A stretch of DNA of 64,000 bases from the NCBI GenBank assembly GCA_907165135.1, contig OU015567.1, positions 4,278,001 to 4,342,000 of the forward strand. Direction: 5' to 3'. This document shows, piece after piece, positions 59,317 through 64,000 of the stretch. The position numbers and the translations under genes were made by a program. The notes beneath the pieces were generated by a model, which saw only the letters and a program-made list of their open reading frames with translations, searched no databases and was not told the origin of the DNA. Position 1 is the stretch's first letter. Every line of letters starts with the position of its first letter. This DNA is from Oikopleura dioica. Lineage: Eukaryota > Animalia > Chordata.

Positions 59317-62300
59317 ATGAAGATCATCAGCTTCCTTCTTGGGCACATTTCTTTGGCTGCCATGTGCCCAAAGAAATGCCAGTGCCCGGGGCAAAATGGT
59401 CAAAACGGCCCGGATACGGCGTTTTGTCTGGCAAGGAATGGGGTTTGAACAAGTTTAAAAATTTAAAATTGAACCAATCTCCGAGTCAAATCGACAAGGG
59501 AAATAACAATATTCGAAAGAAGAGCATAAAAGATTCAAGAAAAGATATCAAGTGCGTCTCAAGATCCACTCAAGGTGATGGATCTTGTTCTCCAGCGTCA
59601 GTTTTAACACGTGCTCTCTTTGTCAACCATTTTGTTGCTTTGTTCAAAAAACTCGATCAAGAACCAATTCCAAAAATGAATTATTCTTAATAAAAATTTT
59701 ATGCTCCATTTCAAAAAAATTAATAAGAAATTTCATAGAAAAACTGTCCACCTTTATTTTTCATTAAAAGCAGCCGCTCGCGGCTTTTTTGGGTAGAAAA
59801 AAATTTGCTTTTTTTCAAATACTCTTTTTTCCCACAATTTTAACCCCTTGACAGCACTGGTTTTCCAGACATCTCCCGCTCCCCCGACTTGAAAGATCTC
59901 TACATTGGAAACAACCTGGAAAAGCTCCCTCCCTTGGCAGACCAGCTTCCTAACCTCCGCCTCCTGCACCTCGAAGACAATTTGATCACATCCCTTTCCG
60001 ACTCCTCCCTCCCGCTGAGTCTGAACGACTTGACCCTCGACGGAAATCTGTTAGAAAAAATCGACGTGGGAAGTCTACTCGCTGATCATCCTAATCTGAA
60101 GCGGATCTATATTTCGAGGGTAAGTCTTTTTTTTTCAATATTGAATCAATTTTCTGAAGAAAATTTTTTTGATGATTGAATTTTTTGATGAGTTTTATTT
60201 ATTGATTTAGGACCAGAAATAAAAACGTAACACACTCAACTATAACTCGTAAATACTTCAAGTTTCCCCACCCTTCAGCAAAAAAAATCTCCCGTTCTTT
60301 ACGAGCGCGATCTGTCAAAATCATTTTCGCCAAATAATAACCGTGTAATGGGGCGGCAGGACGGGACGCGTACAAGCCCATATTTCTGTCAGTTTTTAGT
60401 TATTAGCGGATAAAAACGGTCATTTTCCGAGTCGTTATTGTTGTCTCTAACGATTCTTATTAATCGAGAAGCCGCTTGCGGCTTCGAGTATACAAACTAG
60501 CCGCTCTTAGCGCGGCTTTTTTTTTCAGAACTCGAAGCCGCATGCGGCTTCTCGATTCCTAACAACCGGATATCCATGACATAAGGATATCTAAAGGGAT
60601 ACCCTTAAGAAAATAAGGAGCGAAAAATCTGTTTAGAAATTGATAAATCGCGATTTTTGGCGAGGGATGACTGTGCAGCTGAAGTAAATATTTAGCGCAG
60701 ATTATACAACTCCCAACTTGCGAGTTAGTCAGCGTATAAGTAGATGGACTAATCAAATCAGAAAGGATAATTAAATGCATTTGTTTGACAGAAAACGTCG
60801 GGAAGAATTTAACGCGAAAAAAGCTTAAAGTTTAAATATTTGAGACTCTTTTTTCTATACTGAAATTTTGTAAATATAATATAAGGAAGTAGGGTGCGGT
60901 CATGAGAAAACCACCCTCGCTCAAGCTCTCTTGACATTATCCTAAGGCATCTTACTATTTTGACTCCTTACTGCGGCGGCGAGACAAATTATCCCAAATC
61001 GAAGCCATTCGGCCATTCATAATTTCGCGTGAAAGGGATTTTCTGAATAGTTTATGGCCTCGCTCTGAAAAGACCTTGCGTTTTAATGATTTTTAATGTG
61101 GCCAAATTAAACTTGAAAGCTTCTTTCTCTCTGAGAAAAACGGTAAAAAAGAACGGTTGAGTCACAATAGCCTGCTGCTTGTTCTTCTTATCAGTATTAG
61201 TGCTCAAGCGCGCAAAATAAAAATTTCGAGCGATAAAAAAACGAGCGCCCGGCCGAGAGGAGCATCATCCTCACTATCTTTTTGTAAGTTGTATTTAAGA
61301 TACAGCTTGGATAACAAGGGTTTTTTAACCGTACCATTCGGGGGTTGATTTTTATCAGAAACCGCGCCTCGCCCCGTACGCCCGTTATCATTTCTGCCCG
61401 TTTATTTGGCCGAGTGACTGCCCAATCGTGAAGAAACGTTCATTTTTTTAAATAAAGATAATATATAATACAGAACTTGTCAAAATATTTAAAATTTCTT
61501 TTCTTTGAAAGCGAAAATAGTCAAAATACATCTTTTTTTATAAAAAAAATCCTCGTGGCCTATCAAAAACCTCGAAATTAAATTTGAACCAATCAAAACT
61601 CACTATTTTAATTTTTAATAAAAATGTTTTTTTTTTAAATAATTTATTCATTCTTTCCAATTTATTTCTTTCTGTTCTCAAAACTGCCACTTTTATTGAA
61701 TTAATTATGCAGCCACATGCCTCAGGGCAAGACAAGATGTACAGTAAGCAGAAATCAGAAATCCGGAGAAATTCATTCTCTGAGTGGCTTAATTGGCCTC
61801 CATACCGTGGCGTACTGTCAGAGTTTTGAATAAATTATTTCCAAAAAGCTTGGCCGCGTGCCTAAGCCAACGGCCTCAGGCTCCTACTGTGTGCCCGAGG
61901 ACAAGATTTTTTCTTCATGAAATGGGCGATAAACAGTTTTCTGACAGCTAGTATCATAATCATTATCCGCCCAAAAATATGCAGAAAATATCCTTATCAG
62001 AGCAGACCTATCCTCTTATGCTCTCCTCATCCCCTGCTGAGCTTTTTCTGATAAAGGCTCATTCTAATCCGTTTTCCTCGATTTTTTTTATGAGCCTAAC
62101 AGCTGAAGCAAATAAGAAACGATTTCCTCCGCGGCAATTGAACCTTTATTAGGGCTCGGAAGGACGGGGGAATTGGCACGCAAAGGTTAAGGGTGTCATC
62201 GACGATATAGTAAAATTAGCGAACTTTTGGCGGAGCACGCTCACTTAGACTTTTCACTCACTTGGACTCGCGCTCATTCTAACCCGCGCTCATTTGAACC

Positions 62301-63404
62301 CGTCGGTCCAAGTGAGATTTTGGTTCAATCGAGCGCGAGTTGAAGTGAGCTTTACATTTTGCGTGGGCGAGGGTACTGTATTCTCAGTGGACAGTCTTAC
62401 GATAGTTTTTAGAATTCGTTTTTTTTTTAATTTTCATAACTGCGGAGTAAGAATTTTTTCTGAAAACTTCCAACCGTTAGTAACAAGAGCCTTTTGTCAA
62501 TAGGAAGTAACATACCTGAAAAACACTGAAAAAGATTGAACCAGTTATATTTAATGCATAAACGTTATAACTTCAGTTAAAAGTAATCATGAATCCAAAT
62601 TTTATATTAATCTGTAAAACGAAGGTTAACATTTTCCAGGAATTCATTAAAAAGAAAAAGATTATATAATTCTAGAGCAAAAATAACTTTCTAGAGTTTA
62701 TAAGTCAAGTTTACAAGTGGGCAACCGAAATTTTGTTCTGTTTTGCAGAGACTAAGTCTTGTAGACAACAGACACCTGCAGGAATCCAAAATTATAAAAA
62801 TCTCCAAATTATAACCCTTTAAAATTGTACAAAATTATTTGAGAGTATCAAAATGATACTGCTATCGAAAAGCAAACTAAAATATTTCTCGATCATGTCA
62901 CCCGGTGAGAGTCGCAGGATTCATTTTTAAATTCTTTTTTTTTTTTAAGAATTTTTTTAAGTAATTTTTGCACTCATTCTAACTCCTCACTCTATTCAAC
63001 CAACACTCTAATTGGCCGACGAGTTCAAACGAGCGAAGAGTTAGAATGAGCGCGAGTCCAAGTGAGAGAAAAGTCCAAGTGAGTGCGCTCCACTTTTGGC
63101 AGGAGCAAATATGGTTATTTATCCGGCTCAAATAAGGTCTAAAAGCGACTCCATTAGGAGAGGCTTCCCTTTCATCCACTAAAAAAACCTGCTTTATTCC
63201 CAAGGGCCAATCAGATCTTTTGATTTGAAATTTAGCTTAAAACTGACTAACAAAATAATTTCAGAATCGTCTTTCAACCCTTATCGGCGAATTTAAAAAT
63301 CTTCCTCAACTAATCGAGCTGAAAATGTCCGACAATTCTCTCACAAAAATCCCCGATTTCCGAAAAGTCCCGAGCCTGGTCCTTCTTCACCTCGCCAATA
63401 ATCT
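59317..63404 (+). CDS. Secreted/cell-surface leucine-rich-repeat protein (partial; probably continues beyond the window)
   Basis: Signal peptide plus CPKKCQC LRR N-cap, an exon at ~59870-60119 (LPNLRLLHLEDNLITSL...) and an exon at ~63267-63404 (LPQLIELKMSDNSLTKIP). Confidence 0.8.
62232..63091. mobile_element. ~860-bp element with ~90-bp imperfect terminal inverted repeats, in an LRR-gene intron
   Basis: CACTTGGACTCGCGCTCATTCTAAC... at 62.26 kb is mirrored by ...GTTAGAATGAGCGCGAGTCCAAGTG at 63.04 kb; no TSD identified. Confidence 0.6.
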
Positions 63405-64000
63405 GTAAGTACTTTAAGCTAAAGTGTTTTGGAGTAAACAGAAAACTTGTATGGCCTACTTTGCATTGCGTATTACATTTACAAACATGGAGTTATTTTG
63501 GAGATAAGTCGGGTGGATAAGCTCGAGAACCGTAAACTGACCCGGGTGTATCAAAATAACTAGAGGGAGAGGATGATATTGGAGGTGGGAAGGGATTATA
63601 AAGAGGGGTTGGAATTATCGGGATTTTGAGGCTGTTTTTAAGGGTCCTCCCTTCATTTTTAAAGATTTTTAAATGAAAAAGGGTTCAGATTTTCTGAATT
63701 TTGAATGTTGTTATTTTCATATTTATGTTTTTTTCTGAGCAAGCGCTGCAGATGGAATATTTTCTAGGGAATGCTTAAATTGGCGTGTTGCCCCGCATGT
63801 TTTAAATATTTTAGCGTAACACGTGTAATTCTGCCTGTTCCAGTGACCCATAACAATGACGACATGGGTTTTCGGCCTTGGCTCAATTTTCCTTTCTTTA
63901 TCAATGATACCTTCTTAAATCGTTTCTAGCGGCAGAAGCTAGATTGGTAGCAAAAGCGAACTCCTCCTTCTGCTTCAAAACGGAAAGCGATAAGGTCCTC

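Overview
AT-rich, gene-dense eukaryotic DNA with very short introns. The style (short introns, a GA-AG intron, an env-bearing gypsy-type element, a TTAGGG motif) points to the larvacean tunicate Oikopleura; this is an inference. Host genes I can support: troponin I, two tandem PAN/apple-like secreted-protein genes, an HS2ST/UST-like sulfotransferase, a Thr-rich secreted protein, a CTR1 copper transporter, a CHST-like sulfotransferase and a secreted LRR protein. Several MITE families and minisatellites lie between them. The centre of the window is a ~3.3-kb tandemly duplicated host unit, and each copy carries a different large retroelement, so each copy shows the other's empty site. (1) 16680-27982 (-): an 11.3-kb Ty3/gypsy (Tor-like) element with gag, pol and env, LTRs identical at 272/273 nt, TA...TA ends, a 4-bp TSD, and two extra divergent ORFs between env and the 3' LTR. 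(2) 29955-41806 (+): an 11.85-kb poly(A)-tailed, apparently 5'-truncated LINE-type element. Its RT is followed by ~9 kb of unrecognised cargo: two intronless sense ORFs and a long antisense gene with many in-phase short introns, several of whose 5' splice sites fold into hairpins. Element (2) is the best candidate for an undescribed system. Most reading-frame breaks are single-base indels in homopolymers and may be assembly errors. No database searches were possible, so all 'unknown' calls are from inspection only.
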